NCBI RefSeq assembly: GCF_036588685.1
Contig: NC_086375.1
Coordinates: forward strand, 16,306,001 to 16,370,000
Reading direction: 5' to 3'
DNA: 64,000 bases
Source of the DNA: Mytilus trossulus
Taxonomy: Eukaryota
A model generated the notes under the pieces. That model had not been told where the DNA came from. It saw only the letters and a program-made list of their open reading frames with translations, and searched no databases. Position numbers and translations under genes: made by a program. Of this stretch, positions 9,431 to 22,628 are shown piece after piece; the first letter of the stretch is position 1; each line of letters starts with the position of its first letter.

Positions 9431-10578
9431 TAAAAATTCTATTTTAAACTGGCGTGGATGTGATGTGATAAAGATACCAAATAATGAAATGCAAGCCTTA
9501 TATAGTAAATCGCCCGATATGGCCTCTTCCATGTCTTGATGTTCAAGGGGAGACAAGTCTAAATAAATGCTTCCTTACATGATAAAATAGTACATTTTTG
9601 GAAATAGCTCCCCTTTTCATTAATGGTACCTACTCTTGCAAACGGTTAACATTTCTAAGGCATTTTTCTTATATGTTTACCGTTGCCATAAACTTTTCCA
9701 TAGCTTGTGACTGCGATGTTTACCGTAACCATACAAATTCTATTAAAGGTTTACCGTAGCTCAACTAGTATAAGTATACTCTGCAGTTTACCGTTTCTTC
9801 GCACGCTGAAGGTTTACCACAACAAACAACGATATTAAATCACTGTCTGAATGTTCAAGGGGATATTTGCTTCCAATTTATTCAATGAGTTTCGGATTAG
9901 AAATGAATTCCACAGAAGACAAAAAAAAACTGTATGCTGATACGGTAAACTGGACTATAAAGTATAATACTGGGTCCTTTTATTTTGGTATTGCATCTTT
10001 CTTTACCGTACCCTCATACAATTAGTTTACCTAGAAATGTCTTTGCTCTGAGCAGATAATATCAGCAACGTCATAGTGTTTGAGGAGAAGTTATCAGCGA
10101 CCGTCACAAGACGTTGTCAGGCCTACGTTTGTCAAGCGCAAACCAGTTCAAAAGAGGGGGCGAATAGTGAAAGAACGAATACGAGAGTATAGGTGTTCAG
10201 CCGCTCGACGCAAGGTGAAGCTCTCTGGCTCGCGGCTGATATGTTTCCGATATCAATAGACAGAAACTCTGAAATCATTACCTATCAATATCCTTATCTT
10301 GTTTCTCAAACATTTAATACAAAGAAACGGGAAACTGAAATGTTAAAGGATTGTTTGGTGATACGGTAAACTAGACTAAAAATAGTATTAATCACTTAGC
10401 AGTGTCTCATTGATAAAACAAGAGGTATAAGATGTGCCAATCCTTAAAGGAATGTAGACCAAACGTTAACATGTGTTTACCGTAACCGCATATCGTATTT
10501 GATCACGGTTTACCGTAACAACAGCTCAGACAAAAAAAAAGGCATCCTTGAAATCACAACATATTCTTAATTATGTGT

Positions 10579-11316
10579 TTAAAACTGGCTCAAGGCAAGA
10601 CGGACTGAGGTTGCATTAGCGCGTTTTTCAACAGAGGGTTCAAGCATAGAGGAGATGAGAGACTTTAACGTTTCGTTAGTGTTTTCTGGGAAAGAGAGGG
10701 TGTTGGAGATTTGAGATTGGACCATAGAGGTAGCGTCACTATCGGAGAATGGGAAAGCTCCGAAGAGCATGACGTAGAGCATAACTCCCATACTCCACAT
10801 ATCGGCTTTCATGGCGTTGTGTTCCATTCCCATAATAACTTCTGGGGCAGCGTATGGGAGGGTTCCACAAAATTCTTCAGATTCGGCAACAATATCGGAC
10901 GACTTGGCAAATCCAAAGTCGGCCAATTTGACACAACCATTAGACAACAAGACGTTTTCTAATTTAATGTCATTGTGGGCGATTCCAATTGAGTGGCAGT
11001 ATACGATTGCTTTGACAACCTGAGAGAAGAGAGAGAGGGTGGCTTCAACGGACATGAGACCGTTTTTCATTATGTATTCAAAGACATCTCCGAATTCAGC
11101 GAATTCCATCAAAACGAAGGCAAATTCTTCGGCTTCGATGATTTCAATGGCTTCGACGATGTTTTCGTGTTTGAGGCTGAGAAAAGCTTCAAACTCAGTT
11201 GAGGTTTTGATGACTTTCTTTATTGCAACTTTACCGAATATTTCGCTAGAGGCAGAGAAAACTTCTTCAGTAAGAGCTACAACATTTGAGAGTCCACTGT
11301 TCATTAAAAATTCCAT
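10579..11316 (-). CDS. TSSK-like kinase copy 5 (E143V; 3' hairpin arm deleted)
   Basis: Intact ORF, T274 type. Confidence 0.88.
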   Translation of the reverse strand: MEFLMNSGLSNVVALTEEVFSASSEIFGKVAIKKVIKTSTEFEAFLSLKHENIVEAIEIIEAEEFAFVLMEFAEFGDVFEYIMKNGLMSVEATLSLFSQVVKAIVYCHSIGIAHNDIKLENVLLSNGCVKLADFGFAKSSDIVAESEEFCGTLPYAAPEVIMGMEHNAMKADMWSMGVMLYVMLFGAFPFSDSDATSMVQSQISNTLSFPENTNETLKSLISSMLEPSVEKRANATSVRLALSQF

Positions 11317-12470
11317 TTTAAACTGGCGTGGATGTGATGTGATAAAGATACCAAATAGTGAAATGCAAGCCTTATATAGTAAATCGCCCGATATGGCCTC
11401 TTCCATGTCTTGATGTTCAAGGGGAGACAAGTCTAAATAAATGCTTCCTTACATGATTAAATAGTACATTTTTGGAAATAGCTCCCCTTTTCATTAATGG
11501 TACCTACTCTTGCAAACGGTTAACATTTCTAAGCCATTTTTCTTATATGTTTACCGTTGCCATAAACTTTTCCATAGCTTGTGACTGCGATGTTTACCGT
11601 AACCATACAAATTCTATTAAAGGTTTACCGTAGCTCAACTAGTATAAGTATACTCTGCAGTTTACCGTTTCTTCGCACGCTGAAGGTTTACCACAACAAA
11701 CAACGATATTAAATCACTGTCTGAATGTTCAAGGGGATATTTGCTTCCAATTTATTCAATGAGTTTCGGATTAGAAATGAATTCCACAGAAGACAAACAA
11801 AAAAACTGTATGCTGATACGGTAAACTGGACTATAAAGTATAATACTGGGTCCTTTTATTTTGGTATTGCATCTTTCTTTACCGTACCCTCATACAATTA
11901 GTTTACCTAGAAATGTCTTTGCTCTGAGCAGATAATATCAGCAACGTCATAGTGTTTGAGGAGAAGTTATCAGCGACCGTCACAAGACGTTGTCAGGCCT
12001 ACGTTTGTCAAGCGCAAACCAGTTCAAAAGAGGGGGCGAATAGTGAAAGAACGAATACGAGAGTATAGGTGTTCAGCCGCTCGACGCAAGGTGAAGCTCT
12101 CTGGCTCGCGGCTGATATGTTTCCGATATCAATAGACAGAAACTATGAAATCATTACCTATCAATATCCTTATCTTGTTTCTCAAACATTTAATACAAAG
12201 AAACGGGAAACTGAAATGTTAAAGGATTGTTTGGTGATACGGTAAACTAGACTAAAAATAGTCTTAATCACTTAGCAGTGTCTCATTGATAAAACAAGAG
12301 GTATAAGATGTGCCAATCCTTAAAGGAATGTAGACCAAACGTTAACATGTGTTTACCGTAACCGCATATCGTATTTGATCACGGTTTACCGTAACAACAG
12401 CTCAGACAAAAAAAAAAGGCATCCTTGAAATCACAACATATTGTGATTTCAAGGATGCTTAATTATGTGT

Positions 12471-13208
12471 TTAAAACTGGCTCAAGGCAAGACGGACTGA
12501 GCTTGCATTAGCGCGTTTTTCAACAGAGGGTTCAAGCATAGAGGAGATGAGAGACTTTAACGTTTCGTTAGTGTTTTCTGGGAAAGAGAGGGTGTTGGAG
12601 ATTTGAGATTGGACCATAGAGGTAGCGTCACTATCGGAGAATGGGAAAGCTCCGAAGAGCATGACGTAGAGCATAACTCCCATACTCCACATATCGGCTT
12701 TCATGGCGTTGTGTTCCATTCCCATAATAACTTCTGGGGCAGCGTATGGGAGGGTTCCACAAAATTCTTCAGATTCGGCAACAATATCGGACGACTTGGC
12801 AAATCCAAAGTCGGCCAATTTGACACAACCATTAGACAACAAGACGTTTTCTAATTTAATGTCATTGTGGGCGATTCCAATTGAGTGGCAGTATTCGATT
12901 GCTTTGACAACCTGAGAGAAGAGAGAGAGGGTGGCTTCAACGGACATGAGACCGTTTTTCATTATGTATTCAAAGACATCTCCGAATTCAGCGAATTCCA
13001 TCAAAACGAAGGCAAATTCTTCGGCTTCGATGAATTCAATGGCTTCGACGATGTTTTCGTGTTTGAGGCTGAGAAAAGCTTCAAACTCAGTTGAGGTTTT
13101 GATGACTTTCTTTATTGCAACTTTACCGAATATTTCGCTAGAGGCAGAGAAAACTTCTTCAGTAAGAGCTACAACATTTGAGAGTCCACTGTTCATTAAA
13201 AATTCCAT
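12471..13208 (-). CDS. TSSK-like kinase copy 6 (I97F)
   Basis: Intact ORF, S274 type. Confidence 0.9.
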   Translation of the reverse strand: MEFLMNSGLSNVVALTEEVFSASSEIFGKVAIKKVIKTSTEFEAFLSLKHENIVEAIEFIEAEEFAFVLMEFAEFGDVFEYIMKNGLMSVEATLSLFSQVVKAIEYCHSIGIAHNDIKLENVLLSNGCVKLADFGFAKSSDIVAESEEFCGTLPYAAPEVIMGMEHNAMKADMWSMGVMLYVMLFGAFPFSDSDATSMVQSQISNTLSFPENTNETLKSLISSMLEPSVEKRANASSVRLALSQF

Positions 13209-14361
13209 TTTAAACTGGCGTGGATGTGATGTGATAAAGATACCAAATAGTGAAATGCAAGCCTTATATAGTAAATCGCCCGATATGGCCTCTTCCATGT
13301 CTTGATGTTCAAGGGGAGACAAGTCTAAATAAATGCTTCCTTACATGATAAAATAGTACATTTTTGGAAATAGCTCCCCTTTTCATTAATGGTACCTACT
13401 CTTGCAAACGGTTAACATTTCTAAGGCATTTTTCTTATATGTTTACCGTTGCCATAAACTTTTCCATAGCTTGTGACTGCGATGTTTACCGTAACCATAC
13501 AAATTCTATTAAAGGTTTACCGTAGCTCAACTAGTATAAGTATACTCTGCAGTTTACCGTTTCTTCGCACGCTGAAGGTTTACCACAACAAACAACGATA
13601 TTAAATCACTGTCTGAATGTTCAAGGGGATATTTGCTTCCAATTTATTCAATGAGTTTCGGATTAGAAATGAATTCCACAGAAGACAAAAAAAAAAACTG
13701 TATGCTGATACGGTAAACTGGACTATAAAGTATAATACTGGGTCCTTTTATTTTGGTATTGCATCTTTCTTTACCGTACCCTCATACAATTAGTTTACCT
13801 AGAAATGTCTTTGCTCTGAGCAGATAATATCAGCAACGTCATAGTGTTTGAGGAGAAGTTATCAGCGACCGTCACAAGACGTTGTCAGGCCTACGTTTGT
13901 CAAGCGCAAACCAGTTCAAAAGAGGGGGCGAATAGTGAAAGAACGAATACGAGAGTATAGGTGTTCAGCCGCTCGACGCAAGGTGAAGCTCTCTGGCTCG
14001 CGGCTGATATGTTTCCGATATCAATAGACAGAAACTATGAAATCATTACCTATCAATATCCTTATCTTGTTTCTCAAACATTTAATACAAAGAAACGGGA
14101 AACTGAAATGTTAAAGGATTGTTTGGTGATACGGTAAACTAGACTAAAAATAGTCTTAATCACTTAGCAGTGTCTCATTGATAAAACAAGAGGTATAAGA
14201 TGTGCCAATCCTTAAAGGAATGTAGACCAAACGTTAACATGTGTTTACCGTAACCGCATATCGTATTTGATCACGGTTTACCGTAACAACAGCTCAGACA
14301 AAAAAAAAGGCATCCTTGAAATCACAACATATTGTGATTTCAAGGATGCTTAATTCTGTGT

Positions 14362-15099
14362 TTAAAACTGGCTCAAGGCAAGACGGACTGAGCTTGCATT
14401 AGCGCGTTTTTCAACAGAGGGTTCAAGCATAGAGGAGATGAGAGACTTTAACGTTTCGTTAGTGTTTTCTGGGAAAGAGAGGGTGTTGGAGATTTGAGAT
14501 TGGACCATAGAGGTAGCGTCACTATCGGAGAATGGGAAAGCTCCGAAGAGCATGACGTAGAGCATAACTCCCATACTCCACATATCGGCTTTCATGGCGT
14601 TGTGTTCCATTCCCATAATAACTTCTGGGGCAGCGTATGGGAGGGTTCCACAAAATTCTTCAGATTCGGCAACAATATCGGACGACTTGGCAAATCCAAA
14701 GTCGGCCAATTTGACACAACCATTAGACAACAAGACGTTTTCTAATTTAATGTCATTGTGGGCGATTCCAATTGAGTGGCAGTATTCGATTGCTTTGACA
14801 ACCTGAGAGAAGAGAGAGAGGGTGGCTTCAACGGACATGAGACCGTTTTTCATTATGTATTCAAAGACATCTCCGAATTCAGCGAATTCCATCAAAACGA
14901 AGGCAAATTCTTCGGCTTCGATGATTTCAATGGCTTCGACGATGTTTTCGTGTTTGAGGCTGAGAAAAGCTTCAAACTCAGTTGAGGTTTTGATGACTTT
15001 CTTTATTGCAACTTTACCGAATATTTCGCTAGAGGCAGAGAAAACTTCTTCAGTAAGAGCTACAACATTTGAGAGTCCACTGTTCATTAAAAATTCCAT
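14362..15099 (-). CDS. TSSK-like kinase copy 7
   Basis: Intact ORF, consensus S274 type. Confidence 0.9.
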   Translation of the reverse strand: MEFLMNSGLSNVVALTEEVFSASSEIFGKVAIKKVIKTSTEFEAFLSLKHENIVEAIEIIEAEEFAFVLMEFAEFGDVFEYIMKNGLMSVEATLSLFSQVVKAIEYCHSIGIAHNDIKLENVLLSNGCVKLADFGFAKSSDIVAESEEFCGTLPYAAPEVIMGMEHNAMKADMWSMGVMLYVMLFGAFPFSDSDATSMVQSQISNTLSFPENTNETLKSLISSMLEPSVEKRANASSVRLALSQF

Positions 15100-16252
15100 T
15101 TTAAACTGGCGTGGATGTGATGTGATAAAGATACCAAATAGTGAAATGCAAGCCTTATATAGTAAATCGCCCGATATGGCCTCTTCCATGTCTTGATGTT
15201 CAAGGGGAGACAAGTCTAAATAAATGCTTCCTTACATGATAAAATAGTACATTTTTGGAAATAGCTCCCCTTTTCATTAATGGTACCTACTCTTGCAAAC
15301 GGTTAACATTTCTAAGGCATTTTTCTTATATGTTTACCGTTGCCATAAACTTTTCCATAGCTTGTGACTGCGATGTTTACCGTAACCATACAAATTCTAT
15401 TAAAGGTTTACCGTAGCTCAACTAGTATAAGTATACTCTGCAGTTTACCGTTTCTTCGCACGCTGAAGGTTTACCACAACAAACAACGATATTAAATCAC
15501 TGTCTGAATGTTCAAGGGGATATTTGCTTCCAATTTATTCAATGAGTTTCGGATTAGAAATGAATTCCACAGAAGGCAAAAAAAAAACTGTATGCTGATA
15601 CGGTAAACTGGACTATAAAGTATAATACTGGGTCCTTTTATTTTGGTATTGCATCTTTCTTTACCGTACCCTCATACAATTAGTTTACCTAGAAATGTCT
15701 TTGCTCTGAGCAGATAATATCAGCAACGTCATAGTGTTTGAGGAGAAGTTATCAGCGACCGTCACAAGACGTTGTCAGGCCTACGTTTGTCAAGCGCAAA
15801 CCAGTTCAAAAGAGGGGGCGAATAGTGAAAGAACGAATACGAGAGTATAGGTGTTCAGCCGCTCGACGCAAGGTGAAGCTCTCTGGCTCGCGGCTGATAT
15901 GTTTCCGATATCAATAGACAGAAACTATGAAATCATTACCTATCAATATCCTTATCTTGTTTCTCAAACATTTAATACAAAGAAACGGGAAACTGAAATG
16001 TTAAAGGATTGTTTGGTGATACGGTAAACTAGACTAAAAATAGTCTTAATCACTTAGCAGTGTCTCATTGATAAAACAAGAGGTATAAGATGTGCCAATC
16101 CTTAAAGGAATGTAGACCAAACGTTAACATGTGTTTACCGTAACCGCATATCGTATTTGATCACGGTTTACCGTAACAACAGCTCAGACAAAAAAAAAAG
16201 GCATCCTTGAAATCACAACATATTGTGATTTCAAGGATGCTTAATTATGTGT

Positions 16253-16990
16253 TTAAAACTGGCTCAAGGCAAGACGGACTGAGCTTGCATTAGCGCGTTT
16301 TTCAACAGAGGGTTCAAGCATAGAGGAGATGAGAGACTTTAACGTTTCGTTAGTGTTTTCTGGGAAAGAGAGGGTGTTGGAGATTTGAGATTGGACCATA
16401 AAGGTAGCGTCACTATCGGAGAATGGGAAAGCTCCGAAGAGCATGACGTAGAGCATAACTCCCATACTCCACATATCGGCTTTCATGGCGTTGTGTTCCA
16501 TTCCCATAATAACTTCTGGGGCAGCGTATGGGAGGGTTCCACAAAATTCTTCAGATTCGGCAACAATATCGGACGACTTGGCAAATCCAAAGTCGGCCAA
16601 TTTGACACAACCATTAGACAACAAGACGTTTTCTAATTTAATGTCATTGTGGGCGATTCCAATTGAGTGGCAGTATTCGATTGCTTTGACAACCTGAGAG
16701 AAGAGAGAGAGGGTGGCTTCAACGGACATGAGACCGTTTTTCATTATGTATTCAAAGACATCTCCGAATTCAGCGAATTCCATCAAAACGAAGGCAAATT
16801 CTTCGGCTTCGATGATTTCAATGGCTTCGACGATGTTTTCGTGTTTGAGGCTGAGAAAAGCTTCAAACTCAGTTGAGGTTTTGATGACTTTCTTTATTGC
16901 AACTTTACCGAATATTTCGCTAGAGGCAGAGAAAACTTCTTCAGTAAGAGCTACAACATTTGAGAGTCCACTGTTCATTAAAAATTCCAT
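16253..16990 (-). CDS. TSSK-like kinase copy 8 (S235F)
   Basis: Intact ORF. Confidence 0.9.
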   Translation of the reverse strand: MEFLMNSGLSNVVALTEEVFSASSEIFGKVAIKKVIKTSTEFEAFLSLKHENIVEAIEIIEAEEFAFVLMEFAEFGDVFEYIMKNGLMSVEATLSLFSQVVKAIEYCHSIGIAHNDIKLENVLLSNGCVKLADFGFAKSSDIVAESEEFCGTLPYAAPEVIMGMEHNAMKADMWSMGVMLYVMLFGAFPFSDSDATFMVQSQISNTLSFPENTNETLKSLISSMLEPSVEKRANASSVRLALSQF

Positions 16991-18142
16991 TTTAAACTGG
17001 CGTGGATGTGATGTGATAAAGATACCAAATAGTGAAATGCAAGCCTTATATAGTAAATCGCCCGATATGGCCTCTTCCATGTCTTGATGTTCAAGGGGAG
17101 ACAAGTCTAAATAAATGCTTCCTTACATGATAAAATAGTACATTTTTGGAAATAGCTCCCCTTTTCATTAATGGTACCTACTCTTGCAAACGGTTAACAT
17201 TTCTAAGGCATTTTTCTTATATGTTTACCGTTGCCATAAACTTTTCCATAGCTTGTGACTGCGATGTTTACCGTAACCATACAAATTCTATTAAAGGTTT
17301 ACCGTAGCTCAACTAGTATAAGTATACTCTGCAGTTTATCGTTTCTTCGCACGCTGAAGGTTTACCACAACAAACAACGATATTAAATCACTGTCTGAAT
17401 GTTCAAGGGGATATTTGCTTCCAATTTATTCAATGAGTTTCGGATTAGAAATGAATTCCACAGAAGACAAAAAAAAAACTGTATGCTGATACGGTAAACT
17501 GGACTATAAAGTATAATACTGGGTCCTTTTATTTTGGTATTGCATCTTTCTTTACCGTACCCTCATACAATTAGTTTACCTAGAAATGTCTTTGCTCTGA
17601 GCAGATAATATCAGCAACGTCATAGTGTTTGAGGAGAAGTTATCAGCGACCGTCACAAGACGTTGTCAGGCCTACGTTTGTCAAGCGCAAACCAGTTCAA
17701 AAGAGGGGGCGAATAGTGAAAGAACGAATACGAGAGTATAGGTGTTCAGCCGCTCGACGCAAGGTGAAGCTCTCTGGCTCGCGGCTGATATGTTTCCGAT
17801 ATCAATAGACAGAAACTATGAAATCATTACCTATCAATATCCTTATCTTGTTTCTCAAACATTTAATACAAAGAAACGGGAAACTGAAATGTTAAAGGAT
17901 TGTTTGGTGATACGGTAAACTAGACTAAAAATAGTCTTAATCACTTAGCAGTGTCTCATTGATAAAACAAGAGGTATAAGATGTGCCAATCCTTAAAGGA
18001 ATGTAGACCAAACGTTAACATGTGTTTACCGTAACCGCATATCGTATTTGATCACGGTTTACCGTAACAACAGCTCAGACAAAAAAAAAGGCATCCTTGA
18101 AATCACAACATATTGTGATTTCAAGGATGCTTAATTATGTGT

Positions 18143-18880
18143 TTAAAACTGGCTCAAGGCAAGACGGACTGAGCTTGCATTAGCGCGTTTTTCAACAGAG
18201 GGTTCAAGCATAGAGGAGATGAGAGACTTTAACGTTTCGTTAGTGTTTTCTGGGAAAGAGAGGGTGTTGGAGATTTGAGATTGGACCATAGAGGTAGCGT
18301 CACTATCGGAGAATGGGAAAGCTCCGAAGAGCATGACGTAGAGCATAACTCCCATACTCCACATATCGGCTTTCATGGCGTTGTGTTCCATTCCCATAAT
18401 AACTTCTGGGGCAGCGTATGGGAGGGTTCCACAAAATTCTTCAGATTCGGCAACAATATCGGACGACTTGGCAAATCCAAAGTCGGCCAATTTGACACAA
18501 CCATTAGACAACAAGACGTTTTCTAATTTAATGTCATTGTGGGCGATTCCAATTGAGTGGCAGTATTCGATTGCTTTGACAACCTGAGAGAAGAGAGAGA
18601 GGGTGGCTTCAACGGACATGAGACCGTTTTTCATTATGTATTCAAAGACATCTCCGAATTCAGCGAATTCCATCAAAACGAAGGCAAATTCTTCGGCTTC
18701 GATGATTTCAATGGCTTCGACGATGTTTTCGTGTTTGAGGCTGAGAAAAGCTTCAAACTCAGTTGAGGTTTTGATGACTTTCTTTATTGCAACTTTACCG
18801 AATATTTCGCTAGAGGCAGAGAAAACTTCTTCAGTAAGAGCTACAACATTTGAGAGTCCACTGTTCATTAAAAATTCCAT
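18143..18880 (-). CDS. TSSK-like kinase copy 9
   Basis: Intact ORF, consensus. Confidence 0.9.
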   Translation of the reverse strand: MEFLMNSGLSNVVALTEEVFSASSEIFGKVAIKKVIKTSTEFEAFLSLKHENIVEAIEIIEAEEFAFVLMEFAEFGDVFEYIMKNGLMSVEATLSLFSQVVKAIEYCHSIGIAHNDIKLENVLLSNGCVKLADFGFAKSSDIVAESEEFCGTLPYAAPEVIMGMEHNAMKADMWSMGVMLYVMLFGAFPFSDSDATSMVQSQISNTLSFPENTNETLKSLISSMLEPSVEKRANASSVRLALSQF

Positions 18881-20032
18881 TTTAAACTGGCGTGGATGTG
18901 ATGTGATAAAGATACCAAATAGTGAAATGCAAGCCTTATATAGTAAATCGCCCGATATGGCCTCTTCCATGTCTTGATGTTCAAGGGGAGACAAGTCTAA
19001 ATAAATGCTTCCTTACATGATAAAATAGTACATTTTTGGAAATAGCTCCCCTTTTCATTAATGGTACCTACTCTTGCAAACGGTTAACATTTCTAAGGCA
19101 TTTTTCTTATATGTTTACCGTTGCCATAAACTTTTCCATAGCTTGTGACTGCGATGTTTACCGTAACCATACAAATTCTATTAAAGGTTTACCGTAGCTC
19201 AACTAGTATAAGTATACTCTGCAGTTTACCGTTTCTTCGCACGCTGAAGGTTTACCACAACAAACAACGATATTAAATCACTGTCTGAATGTTCAAGGGG
19301 ATATTTGCTTCCAATTTATTCAATGAGTTTCGGATTAGAAATGAATTCCACAGGAGACAAAACAAAAACTGTATGCTGATACGGTAAACTGGACTATAAA
19401 GTATAATACTGGGTCCTTTTATTTTGGTATTGCATCTTTCTTTACCGTACCCTCATACAATTAGTTTACCTAGAAATGTCTTTGCTCTGAGCAGATAATA
19501 TCAGCAACGTCATAGTGTTTGAGGAGAAGTTATCAGCGACCGTCACAAGACGTTGTCAGGCCTACGTTTGTCAAGCGCAAACCAGTTCAAAAGAGGGGGC
19601 GAATAGTGAAAGAACGAATACGAGAGTATAGGTGTTCAGCCGCTCGACGCAAGGTGAAGCTCTCTGGCTCGCGGCTGATATGTTTCCGATATCAATAGAC
19701 AGAAACTATGAAATCATTACCTATCAATATCCTTATCTTGTTTCTCAAACATTTAATACAAAGAAACGGGAAACTGAAATGTTAAAGGATTGTTTGGTGA
19801 TACGGTAAACTAGACTAAAAATAGTCTTAATCACTTAGCAGTGTCTCATTGATAAAACAAGAGGTATAAGATGTGCCAATCCTTAAAGGAATGTAGACCA
19901 AACGTTAACATGTGTTTACCGTAACCGCATATCGTATTTGATCACGGTTTACCGTAACAACAGCTCAGACAAAAAAAAAGGCATCCTTGAAATCACAACA
20001 TATTGTGATTTCAAGGATGCTTAATTATGTGT

Positions 20033-20770
20033 TTAAAACTGGCTCAAGGCAAGACGGACTGAGCTTGCATTAGCGCGTTTTTCAACAGAGGGTTCAAGCA
20101 TAGAGGAGATGAGAGACTTTAACGTTTCGTTAGTGTTTTCTGGGAAAGAGAGGGTGTTGGAGATTTGAGATTGGACCATAGAGGTAGCGTCACTATCGGA
20201 GAATGGGAAAGCTCCGAAGAGCATGACGTAGAGCATAACTCCCATACTCCACATATCGGCTTTCATGGCGTTGTGTTCCATTCCCATAATAACTTCTGGG
20301 GCAGCGTATGGGAGGGTTCCACAAAATTCTTCAGATTCGGCAACAATATCGGACGACTTGGCAAATCCAAAGTCGGCCAATTTGACACAACCATTAGACA
20401 ACAAGACGTTTTCTAATTTAATGTCATTGTGGGCGATTCCAATTGAGTGGCAGTATTCGATTGCTTTGACAACCTGAGAGAAGAGAGAGAGGGTGGCTTC
20501 AACGGACATGAGACCGTTTTTCATTATGTATTCAAAGACATCTCCGAATTCAGCGAATTCCATCAAAACGAAGGCAAATTCTTCGGCTTCGATGATTTCA
20601 ATGGCTTCGACGATGTTTTCGTGTTTGAGGCTGAGAAAAGCTTCAAACTCAGTTGAGGTTTTGATGACTTTCTTTATTGCAACTTTACCGAATATTTCGC
20701 TAGAGGCAGAGAAAACTTCTTCAGTAAGAGCTACAACATTTGAGAGTCCACTGTTCATTAAAAATTCCAT
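20033..20770 (-). CDS. TSSK-like kinase copy 10
   Basis: Intact ORF, consensus. Confidence 0.9.
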   Translation of the reverse strand: MEFLMNSGLSNVVALTEEVFSASSEIFGKVAIKKVIKTSTEFEAFLSLKHENIVEAIEIIEAEEFAFVLMEFAEFGDVFEYIMKNGLMSVEATLSLFSQVVKAIEYCHSIGIAHNDIKLENVLLSNGCVKLADFGFAKSSDIVAESEEFCGTLPYAAPEVIMGMEHNAMKADMWSMGVMLYVMLFGAFPFSDSDATSMVQSQISNTLSFPENTNETLKSLISSMLEPSVEKRANASSVRLALSQF

Positions 20771-21902
20771 TTTAAACTGGCGTGGATGTGATGTGATAAA
20801 GATACCAAATAGTGAAATGCAAGCCTTATATAGTAAATCGCCCGATATGGCCTCTTCCATGTCTTGATGTTCAAGGGGAGACAAGTCTAAATAAATGCTT
20901 CCTTACATGATAAAATAGTACATTTTTGGAAATAGCTCCCCTTTTCATTAATGGTACCTACTCTTGCAAACGGTTAACATTTCTAAGGCATTTTTCTTAT
21001 ATGTTTACCGTTGCCATAAACTTTTCCATAGCTTGTGACTGCGATGTTTACCGTAACCATACAAATTCTATTAAAGGTTTACCGTAGCTCAACTAGTATA
21101 AGTATACTCTGCAGTTTACCGTTTCTTCGCACGCTGAAGGTTTACCACAACAAACAACGATATTAAATCACTGTCTGAATGTTCAAGGGGATATTTGCTT
21201 CCAATTTATTCAATGAGTTTCGGATTAGAAATGAATTCCACAGAAGACAAACAAAAAAACTGTATGCTGATACGGTAAACTGGACTATAAAGTATAATAC
21301 TGGGTCCTTTTATTTTGGTATTGCATCTTTCTTTACCGTACCCTCATACAATTAGTTTACCTAGAAATGTCTTTGCTCTGAGCAGATAATAAGGAGAAGT
21401 TATCAGCGACCGTCACAAGACGTTGTCAGGCCTACGTTTGTCAAGCGCAAACCAGTTCAAAAGAGGGGGCGAATAGTGAAAGAACGAATACGAGAGTATA
21501 GGTGTTCAGCCGCTCGACGCAAGGTGAAGCTCTCTGGCTCGCGGCTGATATGTTTCCGATATCAATAGACAGAAACTCTGAAATCATTACCTATCAATAT
21601 CCTTATCTTGTTTCTCAAACATTTAATACAAAGAAACGGGAAACTGAAATGTTAAAGGATTGTTTGGTGATACGGTAAACTAGACTAAAAATAGTATTAA
21701 TCACTTAGAAGTGTCTCATTGATAAAACAAGAGGTATAAGATGTGCCAATCCTTAAAGGAATGTAGACCAAACGTTAACATGTGTTTACCGTAACCGCAT
21801 ATCGTATTTGATCACGGTTTACCGTAACAACAGCTCAGACAAAAAAAAAGGCATCCTTGAAATCACAACATATTGTGATTTCAAGGATGCTTAATTATGT
21901 GT

Positions 21903-22628
21903 TTAAAACTGGCTCAAGGCAAGACGGACTGAGGTTGCATTAGCGCGTTTTTCAACAGAGGGTTCAAGCATAGAGGAGATGAGAGACTTTAACGTTTCGT
22001 TAGTGTTTTCTGGGAAAGAGAGGGTGTTGGAGATTTGAGATTGGACCATAGAGGTAGCGTCACTATCGGAGAATGGGAAAGCTCCGAAGAGCATGACGTA
22101 GAGCATAACTCCCATACTCCACATATCGGCTTTCATGGCGTTGTGTTCCATTCCCATAATAACTTCTGGGGCAGCGTATGGGAGGGTTCCACAAAATTCT
22201 TCAGATTCGGCAACAATATCGGACGACTTGGCAAATCCAAAGTCGGCCAATTTGACACAACCATTAGACAACAAGACGTTTTCTAATTTAATGTCATTGT
22301 GGGCGATTCCAATTGAGTGGCAGTATTCGATTGCTTTGACAACCTGAGAGATGAGAGAGAGGGTGGCTTCAACGGACATGAGACCGTTTTTCATTATGTA
22401 TTCAAAGACATCTCCGAATTCAGCGAATTCCATCAAAACGAAGGCAAATTCTTCGGCTTCGATGATTTCAATGGCTTCGACGATGTTTTCGTGTTTGAGG
22501 CTGAGAAAAGCTTCAAACTCAGTTGAGGTTTTGATGACTTTCTTTATTGCAACTTTACCGAATATTTCGCTAGAGGCAGAGAAAACTTCTTCAGTAAGAG
22601 CTACAACATTTGAGAGTCCACTGTTCAT
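21903..22628 (-). CDS. TSSK-like kinase copy 11 (M39 ATG>ATA, F135I; same as copy 4)
   Basis: Intact frame; the next ATG (M43) is used for the coordinates. Confidence 0.8.
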   Translation of the reverse strand: MNSGLSNVVALTEEVFSASSEIFGKVAIKKVIKTSTEFEAFLSLKHENIVEAIEIIEAEEFAFVLMEFAEFGDVFEYIMKNGLMSVEATLSLISQVVKAIEYCHSIGIAHNDIKLENVLLSNGCVKLADFGFAKSSDIVAESEEFCGTLPYAAPEVIMGMEHNAMKADMWSMGVMLYVMLFGAFPFSDSDATSMVQSQISNTLSFPENTNETLKSLISSMLEPSVEKRANATSVRLALSQF

